From positions 1 through 38,967 of the IMG/VR virus record IMGVR_UViG_3300032303_000677: 38,967 bases of DNA; one strand, 5' to 3'. The notes under the pieces were generated by a model that ran no database searches, had not been told where the DNA came from, and was given only the letters and a program-made list of their open reading frames with translations. Numbering within the stretch: position 1 is the first letter of the stretch; each line of letters starts with the position of its first letter. A program made the position numbers and the translations under genes. Positions 28,619-37,172 of the stretch are shown here, in pieces. The stretch comes from a virus (taxonomy: Duplodnaviria > Caudoviricetes).

Positions 28619-28682
28619 GCATCTATGATACATCAGAGAACGTTACCTATGCAAATTTTTTTTCCTGTTGCATAATTAAATC

Positions 28683-28765
28683 TCTGCGGTGTCCTACGAC
28701 ATTGCGGTTGCCTCTCCATCACATGGAGTTCAAAGGGAGTGTTTAAACGCACTCTCTTTTTTTTT
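28683..28765 (+). ncRNA. Candidate three-hairpin sRNA
   Basis: CATAAT -10 at 28671; hairpins GCGGTGTC/GACATTGC and CTCCAT/ATGGAG; ends in the terminator below. Confidence 0.4.
28732..28765 (+). terminator. Intrinsic terminator
   Basis: AAAGGGAGTG/CACTCTCTTT stem followed by T9; GTTTAAAC lies in the loop. Confidence 0.8.
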
Positions 28766-28889
28766 GAGCCGGTGCCGGGTGAAGCAACACAATGTTTAAA
28801 CTTTGTAAGAGCCGCTGCCACAAAAATATTTATACGAATACACCAAACCCCTATTGCGCTCATCGTCAAATTAGATTTAACATGATGAC

Positions 28890-29090
28890 TCGCCTCTTGA
28901 TTGTCGATGCAAAACGGCAGGGTCAAGAGGCTTAATTGTCGGTACTGTGGTTAGTGCGTTAGATACCGAAAAGGGATGGCGAAGATAGAATCCCTCGCAC
29001 GAAAAGTCTGTCGGGTCGTACCGAAGCCATTGGGCGAAGTGCGTGAAGGCAGACCAGTTTAAGGCTAGGTCTGCCCTCTCCAAAGGGCAG
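28890..29090 (+). ncRNA. Candidate structured RNA / leader upstream of HNH and primase-helicase
   Basis: Stems 28892-28900/28923-28931, 28939-28945/29018-29024, 28954-28958/28996-29000, 28972-28977/28990-28995 and 29048-29055/29068-29075; promoter-like TTGCGC-N18-TAACAT at 28854-28883. Confidence 0.45.
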
Positions 29091-29125
29091 AAGATACGAT
29101 GAGTATCTAACTACTATGAGTGACT

Positions 29126-29362
29126 ATGACAACTAAAGAAAAAAGAGATTGGAAAAAAGAATATCAAACCCAACTGGCACGTGGGGATGACAAAGGGCAA
29201 CTAGAGCGCCAAAAAGCAAGGCGCTTATACGATAAGAAAGGCATAGACCGAACAGGCAAAAACATAGACCACGTTACACCCATAAAAACTGGTGGCAAGA
29301 CCACTACAGGCAACCTCAGATTGCGCTCGCCAAGAGCCAACAAATCTGACAATAAAAAATAA
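29126..29362 (+). CDS. Small HNH endonuclease
   Basis: IDHVTPIKTGG..GNLRLRSPRAN HNH motif; RDWKKEY N-terminus. Confidence 0.8.
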   Translation: MTTKEKRDWKKEYQTQLARGDDKGQLERQKARRLYDKKGIDRTGKNIDHVTPIKTGGKTTTGNLRLRSPRANKSDNKK

Positions 29363-29380
29363 TTTTCGTAGGAGGCTTAA

Positions 29381-31081
29381 TTGAATGCAGTCGCTGAACT
29401 GATTGATACGCTATACATTGACGATACGCAACGTGTCGTTTGTCCCATGTGTTCACCCGAACGCAAGAAGTTCAAACTCAAAGAACTCAAGATAGACCGC
29501 AAGCCCGAAGGCTTGGTGTACCTCTGCCATCATTGCGGAGTGTCGGGTCTCGTCCCAAACAAAAAAACTCAACAACCAATATACCGCAAGGAGCAGAATG
29601 TGATTCCATTGAAGCAATCCCCCGCCATCACCAAACTACAACCACAACACTACAGTTTTCTAAAGACACGTGGTATCTCGGAGAGGGTTGCAGATGAGAT
29701 GAAATTGTTTCCTGCCCAGAAATACTTTACTCGTTTAAACAAGGAGACAGAAGCGATTGGCTTCCCGTATTTTCGAGGTGGGGTTTATGTTTCTGCCAAG
29801 TACCGCTCGATTGAATCGAAGGACTTCACCCAAGATGCGGGTGGGGCACACGACTTCTTTGGCATCGACCACATCGACCAAACACTACCAGTAGTGATTG
29901 TCGAGGGTGAGATAGACGCATTGACTTTGATGGAGTGCGGTTTAAAGAACGTCCTGTCAGTACCAAGTGGTGCTCCAATGAAGGTCACCGATGGCAAGAT
30001 TGACGCAAGCGAAGACAAGCGATTTACTTTTGTTTGGAACGCCTTTGACATGTTGAAGAACGTGCCATACGTCACCATTGCAACCGATACAGATTCAGCG
30101 GGACAGGCTCTAGCGGAAGAATTGGCTAGGCGTATCGGCAAAGACAAGTGTCGTATCGCCAAGTTTGACTACAAGGACTTGAACGAAGTCTTCTTGGCTG
30201 AAGGTGCAGATTCAGTTAAACAAATCATTGACTCAGCCGAGCCGTATCCAGTAGCGGGTTTATCCTCCGCCAGCAAGTTTGAGGAGCGTTTAAACGACTT
30301 GTATGCGAAGGGCACAGGCAAGGGCACATCAACTGGTTACTCGAACGTTGACCAAATTTATACGGTGGCTCAAGGTCAACTCACCATCGTTACTGGTTAC
30401 CCATCGTGCGGTAAGTCAAATTTTGTTGACCAACTCATGGTGAACCTTGGCAAAACCCACGATTGGAAGTTTGCCATCTGCTCGTTTGAGAACCAACCCG
30501 AGATACACATCTCACGCCTGATGGAGATTTACAAAGAGAAAAGATTCTTTGACGGCAACAACAGAATGAGCGGACCTGAAAAACAAGAGGCGTTTAAATG
30601 GGTTGAGAACCACTTCTTGTTTCTAGATTCAGAAGGCGCTGAACCCTCATCGATTGATTCAATCCTTGAACGTGCACGAGTGGCGGTGGCTCGAACTGGT
30701 ATACGTGGTTTGGTGGTTGACCCATATAACTACATTGAAAACAAATCGGGCATGGCAGAGCACGAATTCATCTCATCGATGTTGACACGCATGCAAGCCT
30801 TTGCCAAGGCGTATGGGGTACACATTTGGTTTGTGGCTCACCCAAGCAAGATTAATCGTTCGGGCATGGAACTGCCTAGACCTGATGGCATGGCTATCTC
30901 AGGCTCGATGGCGTGGTGGGCGAAGGCTGACTGCGGTCTGACCATTCATCGCACCAAGACCAATGACGTTGAACTTGCGGTGTGGAAGTGTCGCTATCGT
31001 TGGATTGGAACTCAGGGCGAAACAACTCTTGGGTACAACAAGACAACTGGAACGTACTTTGAAAATACCGATGCGTTTTAA
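29381..31081 (+). CDS. DNA primase-helicase (T7 gp4 / Twinkle-like)
   Basis: CPMC..CHHC zinc domain, TOPRIM VIVEGEIDAL and DTD, SF4 helicase TGYPSCGKS, LVVDPYN and FVAHP; TTG start with AGGAGG RBS. Confidence 0.93.
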   Translation: MNAVAELIDTLYIDDTQRVVCPMCSPERKKFKLKELKIDRKPEGLVYLCHHCGVSGLVPNKKTQQPIYRKEQNVIPLKQSPAITKLQPQHYSFLKTRGISERVADEMKLFPAQKYFTRLNKETEAIGFPYFRGGVYVSAKYRSIESKDFTQDAGGAHDFFGIDHIDQTLPVVIVEGEIDALTLMECGLKNVLSVPSGAPMKVTDGKIDASEDKRFTFVWNAFDMLKNVPYVTIATDTDSAGQALAEELARRIGKDKCRIAKFDYKDLNEVFLAEGADSVKQIIDSAEPYPVAGLSSASKFEERLNDLYAKGTGKGTSTGYSNVDQIYTVAQGQLTIVTGYPSCGKSNFVDQLMVNLGKTHDWKFAICSFENQPEIHISRLMEIYKEKRFFDGNNRMSGPEKQEAFKWVENHFLFLDSEGAEPSSIDSILERARVAVARTGIRGLVVDPYNYIENKSGMAEHEFISSMLTRMQAFAKAYGVHIWFVAHPSKINRSGMELPRPDGMAISGSMAWWAKADCGLTIHRTKTNDVELAVWKCRYRWIGTQGETTLGYNKTTGTYFENTDAF

Positions 31082-31143
31082 AAACGGCAGGTTGTAACAG
31101 CGGAACGTTTAAACGGCTTTCCCTAAACGCAAAAATTTAGGGC

Positions 31144-31180
31144 AAAAAAAATCCCCCCAAGGCTCGCACCGAGGGGGGAT
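31144..31180 (-). terminator. Intrinsic terminator of the early operon
   Basis: ATCCCCCC/GGGGGGAT stem with a T-run on the minus strand, between convergent units. Confidence 0.8.
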
Positions 31181-31189
31181 GAACTAGTG

Positions 31190-31327
31190 TCAATTCTGTT
31201 TTCGTTCTTTAATTTCACGCTCGAGAATTTTCTCGAACAACTTCCATCGTGATGACTTGTGTCTGCCCCCATGCTTGGGGGCTTTGTTCAAAGCCTTAAC
31301 GATTGGATTGATTGGCTTGACTTTCAT
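31190..31327 (-). CDS. Small basic protein, absent from the ORF track
   Basis: MKVKPINPIVKALNKAPKHGGRHKSSRWKLFEKILEREIKERKQN (45 aa) with AAGGA RBS. Confidence 0.55.
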   Translation of the reverse strand: MKVKPINPIVKALNKAPKHGGRHKSSRWKLFEKILEREIKERKQN

Positions 31328-31348
31328 AACGCATCCTTAGTTTGATGT

Positions 31349-31681
31349 TTACTTGTTAACCTCGAACTCCCACTCGTCCATGCAGAAGTCGAGGTCGTGC
31401 AACTCAGGAACGTCTGTGCGCTCTTCAACTGTGCCATCGCTCCACGTCACCAGTACGCACCAACGCCTGATGAACTTGCGTGGTGTGTTTATCAACTTGT
31501 GGAGCAACTCGGTGTTACGTTCAACGTAGCGCAATGCACTCTTGTCTTCATCGTCAAGGTCATCAACGCATGCTTGCATGTCAGCGATTGCCTCTGCCCA
31601 TGTATCGAACGCATTGCCATCTCGATACTCACGAATCGTGTCACGTGCTGACTCATCGGTGTGAATGTAGTTTGTGCTCAT
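31349..31681 (-). CDS. Hypothetical early protein
   Basis: GGAGG RBS; acidic 110-aa ORF in the operon. Confidence 0.6.
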   Translation of the reverse strand: MSTNYIHTDESARDTIREYRDGNAFDTWAEAIADMQACVDDLDDEDKSALRYVERNTELLHKLINTPRKFIRRWCVLVTWSDGTVEERTDVPELHDLDFCMDEWEFEVNK

Positions 31682-31683
31682 GT

Positions 31684-31830
31684 TTAAACGCCCTCCGAAT
31701 ATTTTTCGCTGATGTGATGCAACAAGGGGTCAAGGTCTTTCGAGATTGAACTCTCGATGACAACGCCCAAAACTGTATAGACGATAAGAACCCAACCGTT
31801 GTCGGTGCGTAGCAATTCAATCTTGTTCAT
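31684..31830 (-). CDS. Small hypothetical early protein, absent from the ORF track
   Basis: MNKIELLRTDNGWVLIVYTVLGVVIESSISKDLDPLLHHISEKYSEGV (48 aa); AGGAG RBS, ATGA overlap. Confidence 0.55.
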   Translation of the reverse strand: MNKIELLRTDNGWVLIVYTVLGVVIESSISKDLDPLLHHISEKYSEGV

Positions 31831-32012
31831 AGAATCTCCTTGAGTAAGTGTTGAGTGAGAACCACGACTGCTTGAGCGTAGGTGTCGAACGTGTTGTCAC
31901 CGTTGGGCGAGTGCACGTACTGGTCATCACCCTCCTCGGTTTGGTACTCAACCATGTAGCCGTTGCTCGTGCTGATGACGGTGAATGATGAAACGATTTC
32001 TTCTTTGTACAT
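31827..32012 (-). CDS. Hypothetical early protein
   Basis: AGGAGGCTTT RBS; 61 aa. Confidence 0.6.
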   Translation of the reverse strand: MYKEEIVSSFTVISTSNGYMVEYQTEEGDDQYVHSPNGDNTFDTYAQAVVVLTQHLLKEIL

Positions 32013-32026
32013 AAAGCCTCCTAAAG

Positions 32027-32242
32027 TTAATGAACGATTTCACTTGATGGGTCTGTCTCATCGTAGACACGAGAGACAGTCATCACTATGTATGCAAGGA
32101 GCGATGCGGGGTCAATGCCCCCCATCACCCCCGCTCTTGCAAGCAACATGGTCAATGCGGGAATGACAATCTCCATCTGCTTGCCATTCAACGTATCGCC
32201 CATGTTGTCTAACAGTTTGTCAAAGTCCTCAACGGTGTTCAT
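32027..32242 (-). CDS. Hypothetical early protein
   Basis: Likely start MNTVEDF at 32242 (AGGAG RBS, ATGA overlap with the VWA gene). Confidence 0.55.
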   Translation of the reverse strand: MNTVEDFDKLLDNMGDTLNGKQMEIVIPALTMLLARAGVMGGIDPASLLAYIVMTVSRVYDETDPSSEIVH

Positions 32243-33042
32243 TGCAACTCCTTGAGGATTTTGTTGAACGATGCTGATGCCAAGCCGTTGATGTCTACAA
32301 CGTTCTCGCTTGAGCGAAAGCACTCCTTAACACTCGTGTGCCCAATACCGATTGCAATAATCTTGACGTTGAGTCTGTCGGCAAGACTTTGCAGATGAGC
32401 CATGTGCTTTTGGTTGTAGCCGTCAGCATCGGTGAGCAAGAACAAAATCTTGCGTTGCTCTTGACGAGTAGCCAAGTCTTCAATCGTGATACTCAGGGAT
32501 GAGTAGTCAGGCGTTGCAGACCTAGCCCATTGATGAATCGAACCCAACTTGGCTGATGCTTTCTGAATCGATTCTTTCCACGTCTTGAACGGCACGAACG
32601 TGGGTTGCTCGTGCTTGATGTTGATGTTGCCGACTGCACCAGTAGCGTTCTGATAAACGGTCTCAGCACCGCCATAAAACCCTGTGACGTTGAACGACAC
32701 GTTGGCTTTGTCCAAGATGCGAGACAACTGGATTGCCAACGCCTCGGCAGTACCGATGCGATTGTCAGAATTCATAGAACCCGAACAGTCGATGAGTATC
32801 GATACCGCTGATGCCTCTGCCTCAACGTGCACACGTTTGGCAAACACCGCAGTACTGCCACAAGCAAAGCGTGTAAACGCCTTACGGTCTAAACGCCCTG
32901 ACTCCTCGTGCGTGTTCCAACCGACCAAGTCGAGTGAACGCAAGAGTCGCAAGATGTTGGCACGAGTAGCACCAAGGTTGCTTGCCTGATGGTTGTACTG
33001 GAATGAATAGTTGCGCTCTGCATCTGCTTTGATTACGTACAT
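32239..33042 (-). CDS. VWA-domain protein (CobT C-terminal-like)
   Basis: SGRLD motif, MIDAS DCSGSM, TPD and LLTDA; IAIGIG. Confidence 0.85.
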   Translation of the reverse strand: MYVIKADAERNYSFQYNHQASNLGATRANILRLLRSLDLVGWNTHEESGRLDRKAFTRFACGSTAVFAKRVHVEAEASAVSILIDCSGSMNSDNRIGTAEALAIQLSRILDKANVSFNVTGFYGGAETVYQNATGAVGNINIKHEQPTFVPFKTWKESIQKASAKLGSIHQWARSATPDYSSLSITIEDLATRQEQRKILFLLTDADGYNQKHMAHLQSLADRLNVKIIAIGIGHTSVKECFRSSENVVDINGLASASFNKILKELQ

Positions 33043-33045
33043 GAT

Positions 33046-34134
33046 TTACCCCCAATGAAATGTTGCGTATACAGGCTTGCCTACCGATGGTCTGCTCTTG
33101 CCCTCGTCTGCTTTCGATGAGTGATTGCTCAACTCGTCTTGGATGAAGTCGCTTGGCTCTACATCACGACCCCCATCGAATGAGGTATCGCTCTTGCCCC
33201 CGCCCTTACCATCACCCTCGCCATCTTGCGGGTCACCTTGACCATTGCCTTGCTCATCGCTTGGCTGACCGTCTTGGCTATCGCTTGGCTTGTCACCCTG
33301 ACCGTTCTCAGAACCCCCCTGAGACTCGTCAGAATCGTCTGTAGAGGGCGATTGACCGTTCGCCTCACCCTCACCCTCACCCGCATCGTTCGCATCGTCT
33401 GAGGGGTTGCCGTCTGATGGCTCACCGTCACCGCCTTGAGGCTTGTCAGGCTGACCCTGACCTTGCTCTTTTTCTTTTTGCTTTTCTTCTTGCTCTTGCT
33501 CCTTGATGCGAGAGAACAATTCGATTGCAATCTTGGCGATGGTTGCGGTGTCACGTGCAGACTGTGCACGTTTCAACGCCCACTTGATGTGCTTTGCCCA
33601 AGGTGACTTGCTGATGATGGATGGAACGCCAATCGAGTAGCCGTTTAAACGTCTTCCCTCAACCGCAAGAACGAAAGGGATGTTGCGTTTGTCGAGCGGG
33701 TCAACGTACCCATCACGAGCGAGTATCGAATTGATGAGGGTCTCGAACAACACACGTGCATTGGGTGCACGTCCTGACTCGATGACCAAGCGCTCGATGC
33801 GAGGGTCTTCTAATCCATTGATGAGCGAACCCACGAATGAACCATGCTTGGCACGTGCTTTGTCCCAAGGTGCGTTGTCGGTATACCAAGCATGACCCAA
33901 CTCATGCAACGAGTAACCGATGAGGTTGTTGAACGTGGCTTGCGGGATGTTTGATTTCTCATCGATAGATGGAAACAAAATCTTGGCATTCACACGAGAG
34001 TAACTGCGGTCAAAAATAATTCCCGCAGTCTTGCCTGTCCACAAAATTTCGAGTGAGCCGAACTGGTCACCACTCGCATTGAAGACACGCTCGGTAGTAG
34101 TGGCAACGCCACGCTTGACATCGATGCCTAACAT
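33046..34134 (-). CDS. CobT N-terminal-like protein with HExxH motif and acidic low-complexity linker
   Basis: HELGHAWYT and NGLEDPRIE motifs; D/G/S/Q/E-rich tail; lies between the AAA+ and VWA genes. Confidence 0.8.
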   Translation of the reverse strand: MLGIDVKRGVATTTERVFNASGDQFGSLEILWTGKTAGIIFDRSYSRVNAKILFPSIDEKSNIPQATFNNLIGYSLHELGHAWYTDNAPWDKARAKHGSFVGSLINGLEDPRIERLVIESGRAPNARVLFETLINSILARDGYVDPLDKRNIPFVLAVEGRRLNGYSIGVPSIISKSPWAKHIKWALKRAQSARDTATIAKIAIELFSRIKEQEQEEKQKEKEQGQGQPDKPQGGDGEPSDGNPSDDANDAGEGEGEANGQSPSTDDSDESQGGSENGQGDKPSDSQDGQPSDEQGNGQGDPQDGEGDGKGGGKSDTSFDGGRDVEPSDFIQDELSNHSSKADEGKSRPSVGKPVYATFHWG

Positions 34135-34143
34135 AGCACCTCC

Positions 34144-35622
34144 TTATTGTTTGGTTAAGAATGACTTCAACGACTGAACGTCAATCGTTGCAGAGAACAC
34201 GCCACGCAACTCAGCCTCGCAGTCAGCGGGAAACTTGTTGACGATGGCATTGTCGAAAGCGATTGCAACAGGCACACCCTTTTGGATAGCACGTGCCCAA
34301 GCGAACAACTGACGCAACGATGGAGGCTGAGTCAAGATACCCGCTCTTGCTTTCTCACGTGCGGTGTTGGCGAACTTGACAAGTGTCACGCTTGCATCGT
34401 GCGACAGACCAGTACGCTTGCAGATGAGCGAGACCTCTTCATCGTGTGGCAAGTAGTCGAACCGCAGAGTGAACGAGAACCTATCCAAGAATGCGGTGTT
34501 TTGGTCACGCACACCCGCAAAGTTTCCTGACGTGTCACCATGACCGTTTGAATTGTCAGCACCAAAGAACACGACATGCGATGCGACAGGAATGCGAACG
34601 CCTGTTTCAGCGATGACGATTGAACGGTGAGGCGAACGCTCACACAAGGCATGCAGTACGGCGAGGTTTTGTGCACGAGCGAAACCAATCTCATCGAGCA
34701 GAATGATTGCTCCTGTATGTTGGATTGCCTGAGTGATAACACCCTCTTTCCAAACCACGTTGCCGTTCTGAATCGTGTTGCCCCCGATGAACTCGGCACG
34801 TTCGATTGCCTCGTCAAAATTCACACGAAACAATCTACGACCAAGGCGTGATGCAACTTGTGCCACGAACTCAGACTTACCAGTACCACGCTCACCCGCA
34901 AGCCACACGTTATCAGGCAGAGGGTCATCGAGTGCGATGAGTGACTGATGCAGATGTTGAGGGTTGAAAATGTAGTCATCGACACGAGCGGGTGCATCGG
35001 GGTCAGCCCACACCTCAATTTCAAGAGCAGAGAAGTCAACTGGTTGACCATCGTGCTCGTACTTGCACACGTCACCGAACACCTCGAGTGCAGTCTTGCG
35101 CTCACACTTGGGCAAGGCGTTGGCGATGGTGACAACCTCTTCACGAGGCGTGACCTTGCGGAAAGAGTCGAACAGGTCTGAGACCTGAGTGCGAATGACC
35201 GACTCAACTTTGCCGTAGTCCACGCCTTGAATCGATGTGACTGCATTGTTTAAACGAGTCTGCAACTCGTTGAACTTCTTCTCGTTCGCAATCTGTTGCT
35301 TGAGGTTTTCATCAATCAAACTGTTTGCGACTTCACGCACACGATTCACGCCCTCGACTGCCTTGGCAATGTCGGTTTGCGTCTGCAAGATTTTTGACCG
35401 CACGTCATCGTCCACACGTGCATTGGTTGCGAGTGATGATGCCTGTGATGGCACAGTATTTTCGACCTCAGACAGAGTGACAACGCCTGTATCGATAAGG
35501 TCACGAACCGCCTTGATTGCGTCAACCTTGGCGATGTGGAATGACTGCCCCCTGTTGGTGAGAACGGTGTTCAGCACAGGCAGAGAAAGTTTGGACAGGG
35601 CGAGAGAGATAAAGTTGCTCAT
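34144..35622 (-). CDS. MoxR/CobS (CbbQ/NirQ/NorQ)-type AAA+ ATPase
   Basis: Walker A GERGTGKS, Walker B ILLDEI, ADNSNG and AFLDRF arginine finger; N-terminal coiled coil. Confidence 0.9.
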   Translation of the reverse strand: MSNFISLALSKLSLPVLNTVLTNRGQSFHIAKVDAIKAVRDLIDTGVVTLSEVENTVPSQASSLATNARVDDDVRSKILQTQTDIAKAVEGVNRVREVANSLIDENLKQQIANEKKFNELQTRLNNAVTSIQGVDYGKVESVIRTQVSDLFDSFRKVTPREEVVTIANALPKCERKTALEVFGDVCKYEHDGQPVDFSALEIEVWADPDAPARVDDYIFNPQHLHQSLIALDDPLPDNVWLAGERGTGKSEFVAQVASRLGRRLFRVNFDEAIERAEFIGGNTIQNGNVVWKEGVITQAIQHTGAIILLDEIGFARAQNLAVLHALCERSPHRSIVIAETGVRIPVASHVVFFGADNSNGHGDTSGNFAGVRDQNTAFLDRFSFTLRFDYLPHDEEVSLICKRTGLSHDASVTLVKFANTAREKARAGILTQPPSLRQLFAWARAIQKGVPVAIAFDNAIVNKFPADCEAELRGVFSATIDVQSLKSFLTKQ

Positions 35623-35643
35623 GGTTAAGCCTCCTTGAGATGA

Positions 35644-36207
35644 TTAAAGAACGAAAGTGTTGCCGTCACTTGGGCACGTTGGCAGACCTTGGTCAGCCCA
35701 TGTCTTGGTGAGGCGAATGGTGTAACCGCACGATGGGCACGTGGCTTTGAGCATGCGGGTTGACTGAACCTTGCGGTCAGCATTGACGTTTAAACGAGCA
35801 TGTGGGTACTCGCCCAACGATGCAACGAGCGAACCGAACTCAGAGCGAAAGCGGTCACCAATCTTGGTTTGAGATGGGATGCCCTCTAGAGACAGTTTGC
35901 GAACGAGTCGGGGAAAGCGCCCACGATGACCATCGCCATCGGTTGCAGAGTGTGCCAACTCGTGCACCAAGATACCGAACACCTCGAAAGGGTCAGCCTC
36001 GACAGGCGAGATAAGAATCTCGTGGGTGTTGTCTGCCGATGAACGAGCAGAGTGGTGCTCACCGATGGCACGATTGAGCGAACGAGCATGACGAGAGGGA
36101 AACCCACAAGTCACACGAATTTGAGCGGGTAGCGGGTAGCCAAGCGCATCAAATACAGGACGCAATTCATCTGTGGCTTGCGTCAGCCATTCTTCACGTG
36201 ATGTCAT
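35644..36207 (-). CDS. SprT-like zinc metalloprotease with C-terminal zinc ribbon
   Basis: EILISP..LVHELAH..DGHRGRF and CPSCGY..PTCP motifs. Confidence 0.8.
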   Translation of the reverse strand: MTSREEWLTQATDELRPVFDALGYPLPAQIRVTCGFPSRHARSLNRAIGEHHSARSSADNTHEILISPVEADPFEVFGILVHELAHSATDGDGHRGRFPRLVRKLSLEGIPSQTKIGDRFRSEFGSLVASLGEYPHARLNVNADRKVQSTRMLKATCPSCGYTIRLTKTWADQGLPTCPSDGNTFVL

Positions 36208-36395
36208 TTAAAAATGCCTCCTAAGTTTGACAAAAAAAGTTCACGCCCAAGGCACTCACCAAGGTGACGAGTGCCGTCAGCGTAGACGTAAGACTCACCG
36301 CAACCGCCTACCCAATCGAGCAAGATGATGCAGAGAGCGGTAACGAAAATTGATGCAAGCACGAGGTGTGCAAGCGCAGAAAACAACCTTTTCAT
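36204..36395 (-). CDS. Small membrane protein
   Basis: MKRLFSALAHLVLASIFVTALCIILLDWVGGCGE.. from ATG 36395 with AGGGGG RBS. Confidence 0.6.
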   Translation of the reverse strand: MKRLFSALAHLVLASIFVTALCIILLDWVGGCGESYVYADGTRHLGECLGRELFLSNLGGIFK

Positions 36396-36586
36396 AAAGC
36401 CCCCTTGTGAGAGTGATGAAGTCGCACATAACGTTTCATTGCCTTGAGCATTACCTTTGTCGGAATGTTGAACGACTGAGCAAAGCCTCGTGCCACATAA
36501 GGCAAAGCCTCCTTGGACACGTAGGCAAGAACGTGATGTTGCGAGTGAATGATTCGCTTTGAATCTTGAGTAAGTTTTGAATTCAT
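36392..36586 (-). CDS. First early gene, small basic protein
   Basis: Start MNSKLT at 36586 with AGGAGGCTTT RBS. Confidence 0.6.
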   Translation of the reverse strand: MNSKLTQDSKRIIHSQHHVLAYVSKEALPYVARGFAQSFNIPTKVMLKAMKRYVRLHHSHKGAL

Positions 36587-36599
36587 AAAGCCTCCTAAA

Positions 36600-36960
36600 A
36601 AAACGATGGTCACCGAATGGTGATTGCATCCTATTGCACACGCTACAAGCATATGCAACGAGATGAAATCTCGTCACCCTTATTCACGAGGGTGATGCAT
36701 GGAGTCAGAGCCTTTCGCCTACTGCGAGGAGTAGCAGACTGTCTTTGCTTGCCCCCTGATAGGTAAGTGGTAGGCGTGAGTGAGACAGTCAGCGTAGGTG
36801 TCTGACGTAGTCAACTGGGCTAATGCTCTCTGTCTGTCCCCTGTATGTGTAGGTGGGTGACACGTTGAGAGCCTGTACCAATCGGGCTTTCTTGCTCGCA
36901 CTAGAGAGGTTGCGAATCTCTCATCAAAGCGGTCTGTATTCATCGATGCAAGCACCGAAT
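36600..36960 (-). ncRNA. Long structured 5' leader of the early operon
   Basis: Four-way junction closed by TGCATC/GATGCA (36625-36699) with three hairpins; further GTCAGA/TCTGAC and GACTGTCT/AGACAGTC stems; no convincing ORF. Confidence 0.4.
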
Positions 36961-36968
36961 GAGCCTCA

Positions 36969-36997
36969 ATGCTAGCACATGTTTAAACGTTTGGGTG
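36969..36997 (-). promoter_or_regulatory. Extended -10 promoter of the early operon
   Basis: TGcTAGCAT on the minus strand (36977-36969); GTTTAAAC lies just upstream at 36981-36988. Confidence 0.45.
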
Positions 36998-37172
36998 AAA
37001 TACTTTTATCGAAAGACCCCACGAACTTGTCGGGATTAATGCGATGAGTACTTTTTATTGAGCCGACCTCTTAAAACGCCCTACAAGCAATTTTTGGGGG
37101 TGCAAGCACCCTACCCATTGACGTGCTTGCGTTCGTGCCTTGTAGACGTTTTTCACCATTTTGGTGCATAAA

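Noticed and set aside
28633-29083. Minus-strand ORFs 28633-28926 and 28877-29083
   Set aside because: No RBS or motifs, and they cross promoter, terminator and stem elements better explained as non-coding.
32239-35622. CobS/CobT as cobalamin-biosynthesis auxiliary genes
   Set aside because: No CobN or other pathway genes; a generic MoxR/VWA role fits better.
36625-36699. Cloverleaf as a tRNA gene, or a hammerhead ribozyme in the leader
   Set aside because: No TTCRA T-loop, D-loop GG or 7-nt anticodon loop, and no CTGATGA..GAAA core.
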